From assembly GCA_013239625.1 (NCBI GenBank), contig MU054264.1:1-57796 (forward strand): a stretch of DNA of 57,796 nt, in the 5' to 3' direction. The notes below the pieces were generated by a model, which was not told the DNA's origin, searched no databases, and was given only the letters and a program-made list of their open reading frames with translations. Source of the DNA: Lama guanicoe (taxonomy: Eukaryota). Shown here piece by piece: positions 45,703 through 57,796 of this stretch (positions are counted from its first letter, which is position 1; every line of letters begins with the position of its first letter). A program made the position numbers and the translations under genes.

Positions 45703-48700
45703 GTGAGGACTGAGGGCTGGGTGTCGTGGGGGACTCCTGTCCTTGAGATGCCGGTCCAAGCAGCTGTCAGTGCAGGACACACAGTGCAGACCATGCCCAG
45801 GCAGACCGTGCTCTGGAGCCGAGGCTGTACAGGTGGGTGGGGGCGGGGGCTCAGGACCACCGTGTCCTGAGAGTTCAGCAGGAGCCAGCGCCTGGTTGAA
45901 GCCCTTTAGTGTGATGCCTCACGGAGCCACCCATTGACATGTGGGAAACTGAGGCACAGAGAAGTTAACACACTAGCCATGGGCTTGCAGGACCACTAAG
46001 TGGGAAGTCGGCTTTGAACGTGGTGGTCTTAATCCCCGTGCTGCCCTGTGGAATGATGAGGGGTGTGGAAAAGGCAGAGTGGGCTCCCAGAAGGGGCTTC
46101 GTACATCAAAGGGTTGATTTCCTTTGCCCCTCTTATTTGAAGAGTGGATGCAGGTTTGGACTTGTGTTTGCTGTGCCACATTCAGGAAGTGGCCCTCTCT
46201 GAGACTCTGTTTTTGTTTTTTTGTAAACCAAGTGTATTGTGGGTCCCTGTGCCCCCAGGGCTCCTCCCCCTCGTGGGGGCTGTTTGTTCCCAGCTGTGGT
46301 TGCTGCCCCCCTGCCATGTTTTGTTTATAGAACAATACATGTCTGGGTAGCGTATTGCAAGTCCACGGAAGTAAAGTGAAAAAAACCGAGGTTGCTGGAT
46401 GGTCTGGCCTTTTGTCTGCGTGTATGACCATACTTTCCCTCATTTTGATTCTGTACCATGCGGTGGAGCAGGTGTCCTATCCTGCCCCGTGGCTTCTGTT
46501 GGGTGACAGGGTTGTGGCAGTCCCCTAGGGTCATCGCCGCTGTGTGTGCGTGCAAGTGTGCCTGGTTCTGGGTCACAGTCTGTGCCCGTGTTTCGGCAGT
46601 TGACACCTGACATCAGTTGTCCCCGAGGCTGCCCAGGGTCTCCTTTGGGACACCCAGGCCATCGGGTAGGGGTCGTGAGGGCGGGGGCTGTCTCTGCCCT
46701 TCCCCAAGTCTTTCCCCTTTGTTCTGCTCTTTGCTGGACAGAAAACCTCCTTCTGTGCCCAAGGTGGGCCTTTCCTCACATAAACAGACTTAGAGAAACC
46801 AACCGTTTTCTAAAGTGGGTACCAGGGACAGGATTCCTGAGGTCTGTCCACCAGTGAGCCCAGAGGTTGATTCTGTGCTATCGTGGGCCTGTGTTTGTGT
46901 GTGTTTGTATGAGAAAGGGTCTCAGGTGTCTCCCGAATTTTGTGTGTGTGTAGGGACCACTGGGGTCTGAGAGCCATCAGTGATGTGACTATCATCTGAG
47001 CAGTAGTTGATCTTTTGATCCATGACTGTGATGCATGACCCTGTCCCTGGTCACTGATGGAGCCTAGATTCCAGACTCAGACTGAGCCCTGGACCTGGCC
47101 ACTGGCCACACATTGAGCCCTGACCCCGTGTCTTACCTGGAGTCCCTTGTGCGCTTTTGTGTGTAAGTATGCGTGTGTTATGTGCTTAGACGGCCGCCCC
47201 CTCTTCCAGCCATGTGCAACTGTCAGCCGTGTGACATGCTCGTCTTGGGAAGTCTGAGTCAGAGGTTTCCACCCACAGCACAATACCCCTGCCTGTCTGA
47301 TGACCAGTTGTACACACACACTTACACACACGGGCTCAACATGTACACATGAGTGACTTCTCCCAACAGGGCTGACGCCCCGTTCCCCCAACACCGCTTC
47401 ACCAGCTTGGCCGATGGCAGTGAGGGCCCCGGGAGTAGGGCCATTAGGAAGGGAAAGGGGGATCTTTGCAGAATTCCCAGATGTCTGGGTGGGTGAGTGG
47501 AGGACGGCCCCAGGAAGGATGGACTAGTGCCGCTGTTAAGGAGGGCCAGGAGCGCATGCAGGGAGTTCATTCCTGTGGTTCTGATCGGACAGCTCGCTGG
47601 GTCTTTCACTCATGGCGGCTGCATGTGTTGTGCAGTTTCCATTTAAAAACAAAATAACCCAGAGTTACATAGAGTACAAAAGTGAGAGCTGGCAAGATCC
47701 TTCGAAATCACCTGCTGTGCCATCACTTGAAAACGGTGGAGGTGAGGCCCAGCGTAGGGACGTCGTACAGGCCATGCCTGGGCCAGACACCCTGCACGGT
47801 GCTCCTCCTGCTATGCTAGTGTTTCAGAAGGTGTTCTGCCTGACGCTAATCCCACGTCAGCTCCAGGAAGGACACAGTTCCATACCCACTGTGTCTTGTT
47901 CTCCTGGATCGATGTGCTCGGCAACTGTAACTCTGAGAAGTCCTTCAAGTGGCTCCTGTTCTGTTGGGTCGGGTTTTCCCTAATTAGTGGCACTTGGCAC
48001 CCTCACTGAGCTGGCAGAGCAGACACTAGGACTGGCTGGTGGAGGGTGTGACCTTCCCGCACAGTCTGTTGGGTACTTTCTCAAAACCTGACTCCACTCC
48101 AGGCACCTTTAGAGCCACCTGGCTGAGGAGACTGGGACACGCAGTGCCATTGACAGGCCCAGGGTGGCCGCGTGGGTCATGCCAGTCTGTGCTCTCTCCC
48201 TGCCTGGGCAGACCCCAGCCCTGTTGGATGCAGCTGTCCTGGGGGATGCTCAGGACCCAGGCCCAGCCCCCTCCCTGGGGTCCTCACCCAAGTGCATGTC
48301 CTGGTCCCTTTAACAGCCTTGCCCCGTCCCTGTCCCTTGTTTCCTTGGAGAGTGCAGTTAGGGGCAGGCCAAGGAGGGCAAGTGGAAGGGTGTCCAGCTC
48401 ACTGTCAGAGGCTGCCAGTTCCCAGCCCGATTTCTCCCGTGCTGGCTAAAGGGCACTGTTGGCTGCTGCCGGGCCAGTGGTGGCCCTGGTGTGTACAGGG
48501 CTGGGGCGGGGTCCTGTGTGGTGGGACCAGCACAGACACGTGCGTGAGGGTCGGGATACACTGGTTTGGCAGGAGCAGGTGGCATCTGGGTGTGGGGAGC
48601 TTTCCCAGGTGGAGTTCAGGGCACAGGAGTCTCCTGCAGGGCTGCGTCTGGCTGCGTCTGGTCCCTGTGTTTTCCGACCCCTGTGGGCCCCGTGTCAGTC

Positions 48701-48899
48701 ATGGGGGCGTGCAGTCCTGAGTGGGGTGTTCACAAGTGACTTGAGTGTCAGGGGTGGGCCTGGCAGTCAGCGTAGGCAGTGAGTGTGGATAGCCCTGAGC
48801 TAATGGGATCTGCTGGACAGTCTGGGGAACAGTGCAGGGCAGCTCTGGGAGGATGCCTGCCCAGTTGGGGGTTGTGCAGGGCAGCTGTGGGGTGCTCGC

Positions 48900-48990
48900 C
48901 ATGGTAACGGTGGTGGTGGTGGCGCTGGTGGTGGTTTCAGTGAGAGCCGTGATGGTGGAGGCTGTGGTGACAGTTAAGGTGGTGTTGGGG
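48900..48990 (+). repeat. Degenerate (GTG)n low-complexity tract
   Basis: gtggtggtggtggcgctggtggtggtt...gtgatggtggag. Confidence 0.6.
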
Positions 48991-49016
48991 GGTCATCTCA
49001 GCAGTTTCGGGGAAAT

Positions 49017-49548
49017 TGTTACAGAGTCGAAACTCGTTCTGCTCGTTGCCTGACGGGCAGTGAAGTGGGATACGAGGTTTTGGGGCAAAGAATAGTGACT
49101 ATTCGAAAAGCCAGCTGACCGAGAGGATGGCAGAGCAGTGTCTTGGAGAACCATCCTGCTCAAGTCAGAATACAGGCTCATTTTATACAAAAAAAAAAAA
49201 AAAGAGAAGAGAGCACGAGTGGGTAGGGTTCATTGTTGCAAACTTCTTGCTGTAGGAATGCTTTGTTCTTGCAGCCGTCCATGTGGGTCAGGCCTTGGTG
49301 TTCCTTTAAATCTCCAACAAAAGAAAGTTTATTCTCTATTTTGCAACTTGCCATCTCTACATCAGTGCAGAAGTACTGACATCCTTAAAGGTCAGAGCTC
49401 TGAGAATAGGCTCTCCTGTCTATTTCAAGCTAAAGGCAACATTGTTTCAGGAAACATGAACAAGCAAGGCTAAGCCTGGAAAACAAGACACAGTAGTTAA
49501 AACTGAAGGAGTAGTCCCTATATGGAGTCAGATTTGTTCTCTGTTACA
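49017..49548 (-). mobile_element. Solo ERV1-like LTR
   Basis: TG...CA ends (tgttacagag... ...ctgttaca), AT-rich island in GC-rich DNA, antisense AATAAA (tttatt near 49328), atggagtcaga near the terminus. Confidence 0.65.
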
Positions 49549-52500
49549 GTGTGAAGGCGCCTCCTCATGGGAACCAGGACACACCCCGGGCAGTTAATGA
49601 GGCCAAGTAGGTGAGGGGGCTGGGTGGGAAGTCAGAGGGGAGAGCTCATGGGGTCTCGCAGTCTGGGAAGGTGTCTTGGAGGAGACAGAGCTGAGCTGGC
49701 ATGGGTGGGGAGGTTTGGGATCTACTGGCACCTGTGCAGGTGCCCAGCACCCAGCATGGAGCCTGACCAGGCAGGCCAGGGATGCACTTGCTGAGTGACC
49801 TATCGGCTTGAGGTCGAGCTGCGCCAGTGGTTGGAGTGTGATGGGGTGTGGGTGTTGAGGCCCGACAGCTGGCATGAGTAGGTGGCAGGCCCGACAGAGG
49901 TGGGCCAGACGTGCACCAGGTGAAGGTCTGAGTGAGGGGAAAGGGCCAGGCAGGGGTGCAAGCCACTCAGCTGGGCATAGTCAGCAGGTGCCCTGGTGTT
50001 ATCGGGACCCTGGCTCCCCCACTGCAGCCCATTTGCTTGCAGGAATGGGGAGCTGTGGTGCCCCACTTCTGCAGGGGCCCTGCTCTACTTGGCAGGCTGC
50101 GTTGGGCCTCTGTGGACCTATCCAAGTGGGTGGGGTGGGTCAGGTGAAGAGCCACCAGACCCCGAGGATGGCCAGGTTTCCAGCCTTGGAGCAGGCCTGT
50201 GGCTGGAAGCTCTGACTCAGAGCGTGGCAGGCACCAGGTGGGAGCCAGGAGATTGGCATCCTGGGCTACATGAGAATCCTTGCCCTGATCACAGACCTGT
50301 GGATGCTCATTGAGCCTTAGAGATTGTCAGTGCCTGGAGAGCCCGCCCCCATGGGCAGGAACACAGGCATGAGGGTGCATGGCTCTCACCCAGCAGCTCA
50401 CTCAGCAAGACCGAAGTCAGGCAGATTTCCACCCCCCAGGGTCCCCTTGGTTCACAAGCATAGCCCCCAGCCATCTACAGAGAGAACATGGCCCTGATCT
50501 GGGGAAGCAGACATGGGCCTGCCCGGGGAGGGGAGTTCTCACAGACTAGTGGTCAGAGGGGAGCTGGGCACAGAGTGGGGGATAGAGGAGGCTTCCAGGA
50601 GATGGCAGGGCCTCGGGAGAGCCCTGAAGCATGATGCTGAGTCAGTCAGGGGACAGAAGGGGATGTGCTCAGAGGGAACGGCCAAGATGAAGGCCTGGAG
50701 GCAGGAGAGGGCCCCTGTGTTCTGAATCCCAAGTGGCTCCATCCCAGCTGTCCTGTGTGGGGGCGGGGCCGCCAGGGCTGCGGGAGGGACCTGAGAGCCC
50801 TGAGGAGCTCCAGCTGCTGTGGGAGGTGGGCCCCAGGCAGGGAGCCCAGCCCAGCAGCCGGGCAGGAGCTGTTGGAGGAGCCAGGTGCAGTGCTCAGAAC
50901 TCCCAGCTTCTCCAGGTGGGTTCCGTGGAGGAGGCAACCCAGCACAAGCCTTGGTCTGTGGGTTGGAAGTCGATAGGCAGAGGTGGGCGGTTGGCACTGT
51001 GGAGATGTGAAGCGCGATTTAGCGGGGCTTGTAGCTGGCATGGGTGATTTCGGGAGCCCAAAGGCCCAGCTGAGGAGTTTTGAGGGGCTCCTAGAAGCCT
51101 GTGCCTAGAGAGACACCTTGCCCACTCCCTGTTCCCTCAGCGGGGCTAGCTGGCCCACTTTGGCTTCCTTGTGCTGTGTGGGAGGACAGATAGGAGTCCT
51201 TCCCACTCCAGTATGAATTAGCCCATGAAACCCCAGGGGACCCTGATGCACACAGTCCTAAAATAACCCCTGCTTCGCAGGCCTGCAGGAGGCATCCTGA
51301 ATGCCGAGAAGGCCCAGGCTCAGTGGGCAGGCAGGTAGGCTGCACTCTGCACACACAGCCTGCATTACTGTCCCCTGATCTCCCATGAGCGTGCCGGGCC
51401 CTGTGCTGAGCCCTGTATCCCTGTTGTGTCCCTGAACAGCACGTGGGGCCAAGATGTGTGCCTTCTTTACAGGGGAGGCACTTTGGTCCTGAGTGGCCAG
51501 CAGTGGCCTCGGCTGGGCTGGACCAGCAGGGAGCTCTGCAGTTAGCAGGAGGGCAGCGGAGCCGCAGGCTGAGCCTCCTCCCAGTCTCTGACACACCAGG
51601 GCCCCAGGGGAGGTCCCCTGGGGGGGCATTCTGAGCTGGGTGGGGGCCAGGCTACTGCCTTCTGGCAGCTGGTGACAGGAGCCAGGCTGTCTTCTCTGGG
51701 CGACCTCACCTTGGACCCAGGGTAAAGCTGTGGCCCCACACGGGCTGAAGTCGGAAGGAGGCAGGTCTCCGAGGGTGGGGTTGCAGGGAGCTGGGGTTCC
51801 CTTGTGAGTGTGGCTGGATGGGTGTACTCGAGGGGGAAAGTGGGGAGGGTCAGGGAAGGTGGGCCAGTCCCTGGGGCCTGTGGGGTCCCTGAGAGCAGCA
51901 TGACCTTTGCTCTGAATGAGGAGGGAGCTGCAGGAAAGTTTTGAGAGAGCATGTGTCCTGACATATTTCCAATGATGACAGTGAGCTGGGGACAGGCAGA
52001 GGCAGGCAGGGCGGAGGCCGGCAGTGGGTCCCACCAGGGTGGTGACCATGGATTGGAAAGCAGCAGTGAGAGTCGCGGTGCATTTTGACAGGACGGCTCG
52101 TTGCTGATGTGTCTATGGGTATGAGAGGGAGGAAGGAGGGAGGGGTCCTGGAGGTTGCCACTAGGTTGCAGGGGCAGAAAGGGGCCATGCTGCCTAGCTG
52201 CGGGGCCTCACTTGTCCCTCCATAGCAAGTGTTGGCTGGGCAGTCTGCCCCTACTGGGGTTCAGGCAACGGGCTGAGCAAGCCAGATCCCGGTCCCTCAC
52301 TCCCACCGGAGGATGCCAGCAGGAACATAAGGCCATCACGTAGTGGGAGAACTGGGCAGAGGTGGGAAGACCCACGGGTGGTATGCAGCTGGCGGGTGTG
52401 CAGGCCTCAGATAGCTAGCAGAGGGACAGCTTACCATAGCAGTTACTGGCCTAGCACGCTTTCAAGGACAACTTGGCATGCGGGGATGTGGAATCAGGAG

Positions 52501-55500
52501 ACCGGCTGTCCAGGGAGCGCATGGGTGGATGGGCGTGGCATGGGGGTGGAAGAAGGTTGCTTGCTGCATTCAGGACTGACCAAGGGATCCGAGGGCTGGG
52601 GAGCATCAGAGGAAACTCGAGTCTCAGCCGACGGTCAGGCCCTGGGGTGCTGACTGAGGGCAGAAGAAGAGCTCAGAAGTGGAGCAAAAGGGACAGGTGG
52701 TTATTTACCCCTGAAGTGTCGTGACATAGGGGGTTTTGTGACATGGGGGCTTTGGCCAGAGCAGGTTTGGAGGAGCCTGTAGTGAGGAACTGGTGGCTTG
52801 CAGACGGGTGGGCAGTGGCTGGGCCTCCCTGTAAACTTTGGTCTGATGGGAAAAGCACAGTCTCTTGTCTGGGAGCTCTGATTTGAGGGGTCCGAGATCC
52901 CTTACAACCTCCTCTCATGCAGGGTGGGGCTCCCTGCTCCTGATGCTGGGAGGAGCCCATGCCCCAGCTCCTTGTGTCACCCTGAACCTGGGGAGTAGGG
53001 AGGAGCAGATGTCACTGACGTAGATTCCTCAGGTCTGAACCCAGGAGTGGGAGCTTGGATGCATGACCAGAGCACTGCAAGTTTATGAAGTCCAGACAAG
53101 AGGCAGCAAATGGTCTCCCACGTGTGGGAGCAGTCCCTGTGTGCTCGAGGAAGGAAGGAGCTGCTTGTGTTGCAGCAATGGTAACAGGTGTCCCTTGCAG
53201 CAGGAAGGACCTTTGCCAGGTCAGGTTATGCCTAAGATACAAGTGAGGGTTCTCCGGTCAGAGACCACAGCCCACATGTCCTGCTTGGGGCCAGTCCTTG
53301 GCTGAAGCCCAGGGAAGCCTGGAAGGCTCTGCACATGGCCTGGGAAACCTCCATTGATGGGGCTCTGCCCTGGTGTGGAATTGGCCTTAGGGAGGCCCCC
53401 CTCCACCTGGTCTGGGTGCTAGGCCATCCTTGAGGGTCCCTTTCAGGTCTGGGTTTCCCAGTCCTGATTTTACAGCTCAGATGTTGTAGGCTTTGGTGGG
53501 GTGGAGGGGATGTGAGTTGGTGAGACATATAAAAAGTGGAATTCTTCCCCTCCTACTGTCTTGCTGTGTGGCGTCTGGCAGTCCTATCACCTCTCTGAGC
53601 CTCAGTTTCTATATCTACACAGCTGAGCTGTGGACTATTTCCAATACTAAATGACAAACTGCACAGAAAGGTGTTAATATTGAGATGGGGAGGGGGCAAG
53701 GAGAAGCTTCCTGTCCATGTGCTGAAGGTCAGGAGTCCGTGCATGTTCCCCTGATTCTGGTCACCAGGGCCTGCAGACCCAGGGGACGCTGGATAGGGGA
53801 GAGGCCTTGGCCGGGGGGACTGTGTTGCCGTCCTGTAGGTTCTGAGTGAGCCCAGCAGCTGCCTGCCTCCTGGGCCGCCAGCCGATCAGCTGGTTCTCTG
53901 GACCAGGGGTGGAGGCCTCCTGGTGACCCCTGTGGCTTGAGGCTGCAGGGGTAGATCCTGCCTGAACCCCTCAGCAGAGTGGGCAGTGCTTCTTGCCCTC
54001 TCCTCCTCTGCGAGACTGATGAGCTAATTAGTCCTCAGAGCAGGAGCCCTGGGGGGCAGCCAGTAGCCTGGGCTCATGTACTCCCGGGAGGTGGCCGGCA
54101 GCGGGCAGCCTGGTGCTCTGCAGACCTGCCAGTGCTGTCTGGGAACCTGCCAGGCTGCAGGCCCCAGCCAGCCCGGCTCCCCTCCCCACAGGCCTCAGGG
54201 TGCTGTCCCCTCCTGACCCTCCCAGCAGCCTTCAGCTGACAGAAAAGGTGGTTTCCGGGTCCCTTCCTCCACAGGAAGAGGAAGGTGAGACAGTGTCCAG
54301 GCCTGGACCGTGAGAAGTTGAGCTGGGATTTGACCCCAGGGTCGGCCAGCCGCAGACTCCTGCTCTGAGGATGAGGAGGATGGTGGCCTCCGGGCTGGCC
54401 TGTTGGGCTCTCGGCTGCGGGTTGGTGACTTGGCCCAGCTGCTGGCCCCCAGAGGGTAGGACCCCCGGTCAGGACCAGTCTCCAGAGCAGGCCTGCTGAG
54501 CGTGGGGACGCAGACGCCACCACGGCCTCAGCAGCCTGTGCCCTGAGGCCGCCTTGGGCACCGGCGTCTCCGGATGGTCGAGGAGGTGCTTGTTGTGGTG
54601 GGATGCCCTGTGCCGTGAGTTGGCAAAGTTCTATTCCCCCAGAGTTTGTAAGCAGCTGGTCCTGGGAGGGCCTGCTCTCAAGGCACGGGATGCAGGCTGC
54701 GGGACCACGGGAGACAGCGATGCAGACCCAGCCCCTCAGAGGGCAGGGAGGGCCACAGCTCCTAGGGGACCAGATCGTGTGGGGGACAACAGCCCAAGGG
54801 GACTCCCATTTGTGGGGACCATAGCCCACAGGGGGAACAGTGGCATCTTGCAGGCAGGATGGAAACCCAGGGCATCCACCCCGAGCCTGGAAGTGGTCAA
54901 CAGGTGCAAGTGCAAGGTCACTTCTGTTCTGCCTTGGTGCCGGGCCAGGAGCAGTCCTTGCTGCGGTCGGCCATACAAACGTGGAAACGAGTGAGAGTGG
55001 AAGGCGGGGAGGACAGCAGCTTCTCCCTTGCTGGGTGGGGCCCAGTGTTGTCTGGGATGTGCCTTATTGTAGGTGGGGAAGGGGCCCCTATGAGTGAGCA
55101 TCACCCTCGCCGCCACCTGCTCCCTCCATGGCCGCCAATGCCTAGGATGATGTCAGCCTCGTGCAGGCAGTGGCCTCCCTAAGGACTTGGAGATGAATGT
55201 CCCCCAAGTAGGGGGTGGACTATTGCTTGATTGCAGGGGACTAGGTCAAATGTGACAGCAGTGTGGCCATAGAGGGGTGTTCCCAGGAGAAGGGGTGCCA
55301 GCCATGTGAGGCCTGCTGCTAAGCCTCTCCTGACACATAACCCTTGCCATCGCATTCCCAGGTCCTGTACGCCACCTGCAGGTGACCGCTCTGTGAGGAC
55401 CTGCCCTGCGGCCCTCTGCCCAGCGTCCGTCAGCCCCAGGTTACATGGTTTGGAAATGTCCTTGTCCCAGTGGCCTCCATGAAGGATCCTGGGGACCATT

Positions 55501-55878
55501 TGTTAGGTGGGTGGGCTAATAGCATTTCGGGGGGCAGACCATGCTCAGGGTGCTGTGGTTGTGTTAGAGGTAACGGGACTGGGAGTTGGGACCGTGTTAT
55601 CAAGCGGGTAGGGCAGGGGGTCGGCAGGTATTGAAGGGCCTAAGAGAGCGACGGCAGCAGACCTCAGAGTTTGAACGTCCTCTGCTCCCGCTTCTACTGA
55701 ACTCACCCCCTGCCCACGTAGCTGACCCTCCACCACCATGGGGGCCAGTCCTGCCTGATCAAGGGACACCTTCCAGGGGGCACCCAGACCCCTGCCCCAT
55801 CTTCCTGTGGGGTCTCCTGGGCTGGGCGCCATAAGCCTGGGGATCCCCATGACCCCACCGCTGAGTCTGTTTAGGGAC

Positions 55879-56383
55879 TGTCGACTGAAATAAAACCACA
55901 CAACGTGAGAGTTGTGGGGTAAGTTTTATTGGGGGTCAAATGAGGACTGCAGCCTGGGAGACAGCACCCCAGAGAGCTGTGAGAAGCTGTTCTGAGGAGG
56001 CAGGGGAGAGCAGGGTGTTACATGTGGTTTCAGTGAAGAGGGGGTTGTGTGTGCAGTCAAGCACACACATAGGCAGAGGCTAGCTCCTCATCAGGGAAAG
56101 CAGTTGTCACCACTGATGAATTTAGTGTTTTTCTAGATTGGAGGAGACACAAGAATTTAGGCTCATAAAATCTCATGAAAACATCTATCTGAAGGCCTGT
56201 TCCACCAGTGTTCCCAGAGCACAGAGTGCCTCATTCCTGACCTCCATCCTGAAGTCCTTTCAGGGTGTGTCGGAGGTCAGAGGCTGCAGTGGCTCACAGT
56301 TGAATCCAAGCAGAGTTAGTTGGCAGTTGGCAACATGATCCAGTCCTTGTAGAGGCAGATGGCGAGTGCCAGTCTAGTTAGCA
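55879..56383 (-). mobile_element. Solo MER41-like ERV1 LTR
   Basis: TG...CA ends with near-perfect 4-bp TSD ggac/ggat; motifs aagttttatt..aaatgaggactgcagcctgggagacagc and tttagtgtttttctaga. Confidence 0.75.
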
Positions 56384-57469
56384 GGATGCTCTGTGCATCA
56401 GAAAGCCTGGGGCTGCCCCTCCCAAATCCCCCCAGATCCTGGCCCCCTTGCCCTTCCCCACTCTCCCCAAGGCAGCCAGGTGTGCAGGCAGGTGAGGCCT
56501 CAGCTCCTCTCAAGCGCTCGCAGGTGCCCTTCCAGCAGAGGAAACCTGTGAAGCCCTCAGAGTCCGCTGCCGCTGTCTGTGCCTCCAACACAGCCAACAT
56601 CGGGGGTCCTTGGCCACGGGATCCATACCTTCCCTGTCCCCGTTGCAGTGACAAGCCTTGTCCTGATGGCTGCAGGGATGGTCCATCACTCGTCAGATGT
56701 CTGTCTGTGTCCCGAAGTCCCCAGGCTCTGCCCTCTCCCTGCTTGAACACCGAGTTAGACTCCTTTGCTCCCCAGACTGACCCCAGCCGCCCCCCACCCC
56801 CCACAGGCCCTCCCCCTGCCCAGGGGCAGGTCCCCCTGTAGTTATGCGGCTTCCAGCTGAGCTGAGTGGCTTTGGGTTAAGCAGTGAGCAGGCAAGAGAA
56901 CAGCAGGTGTGGAGGGGGCAGCACCAGGGTGGGTGGTGAGCACCCTGGTTGCCAATCCCCCCCGGAAGGCTGATCTTGTGGCCGGGCCAGATCGGACTGG
57001 TGCCGACACCTCCCACCACCCCTCTACTAGTCTCATTCCTTTACGTTTTGGAAAAACTCCCAGTGTTACAATGTAGTTTCTTTTTCCGTTTTAGGGAATT
57101 TTCTCTCTCTTTTGACAGTTTTGTTTGCTAGTGTTTCTTTCATGTGACAGAGGAATGGTTTTGTTCTTTGGAAAGGCTAAGGGAACCAAATGAATATGAC
57201 ATTTAGGTCTAGGGCCAAAGAGAAATCAGTTTCTTCCTACCACCAGTTATGCTGCGGGCATGAAAAGTGTAAAAGTGGAAAACAGTCACCATTGAATACA
57301 GATCTTTAGAGTACTTCGTGGCTCATTTGGCCAGAATAGAAGGAGTTACAGAGAAACAGGAAAGACAACGCCTAATGTTTTCTGGAAAAAGATGGCTTTT
57401 TGTACAGCTACATACTCTATCCCCCACGTTCTTACATGTTGCTTTTATGGAATAAAAAGTTGAGTGTGT

Positions 57470-57625
57470 AAGTATATATATGTATATTTATGTATAATAT
57501 ATATTGTATAATATGTGAATATAATATTGATATATTACATGATTATAATATATGAATATATTATTGAATGTGTATATTGAGTGGAATATATATATACACA
57601 CATATATATACCATTGAGTATATCA
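57470..57625. repeat. AT-rich (TA)n-like low-complexity tract
   Basis: tatatatatgtatatttatgtataatatatattg... Confidence 0.8.
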
Positions 57626-57796
57626 CAGTAATTAATGACCATGAAGAAAATTAGTTTTCTCAGATAAAAATATCGTATGAATAGCTTTCTTTTTGGAATA
57701 CAATTTTCAGAATGTTTAACCGTAATTACACCACAAAGTGCAGGTTGACGGATGATTACACAGATCTTAGGAGGAGTGATAAAGACCACTATCAGA

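Noticed and set aside
48832..49053. Val-rich transmembrane-like ORF
   Set aside because: It is the translation of a degenerate (GTG)n tract.
50513..50560. GLPGEG resembling the ADGRB1 GAIN exon (RGLPGEGVSE)
   Set aside because: The similarity does not extend, there is no suitable acceptor, and the context looks like an L2 relic.
46000..57000. Many 60-263 aa ORFs, and later ADGRB1 GAIN/7TM exons
   Set aside because: The DNA is GC-rich and intron-like. No expected ADGRB1 peptides or known domains were seen by eye.
1..57796. CRISPR array, rRNA or other prokaryotic system
   Set aside because: The window has spliceosomal introns, L1/SINE/LTR content and no regular repeat-spacer structure.

Overview
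Mammalian genomic DNA, probably camelid (two camelid-type tRNA-derived SINEs), with one 43-N assembly gap. No complete gene is present. The window is a segmental-duplication mosaic of intron-containing fragments from genes that are unlinked in human, all on the + strand. In order: GC-rich promoter/intron-1 module copy A (1-1654); 11 HERC2 exons covering RCC1-like domain 2 and the following linker (1670-18964, several lesions); CpG-island promoter, non-coding exon 1 and module copy B (about 21690-26445, split by an L1); two VPS8 exons (28235-29953); two tandem copies of the first coding exon of ADGRB1/BAI1 (about 30430-33329 and 36105-39154); ADGRB1 TSR4, TSR5 and HormR exons (44778-45702); GC-rich DNA with two solo LTRs; and an AT-rich unidentified tail. 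Two candidate chimeric coding units stand out. One is a secreted mini-BAI1: a 169-aa single-exon ORF with a (CTG)20 signal peptide that can splice in frame to the TSR5 and HormR exons for about 260 aa. The other is a 219-aa HERC2 RCC1-repeat ORF starting at an apparently new ATG. Gene identities come from hand translation compared with human proteins recalled from memory. Repeat family names and boundaries are approximate, and the sequence gives no expression evidence.
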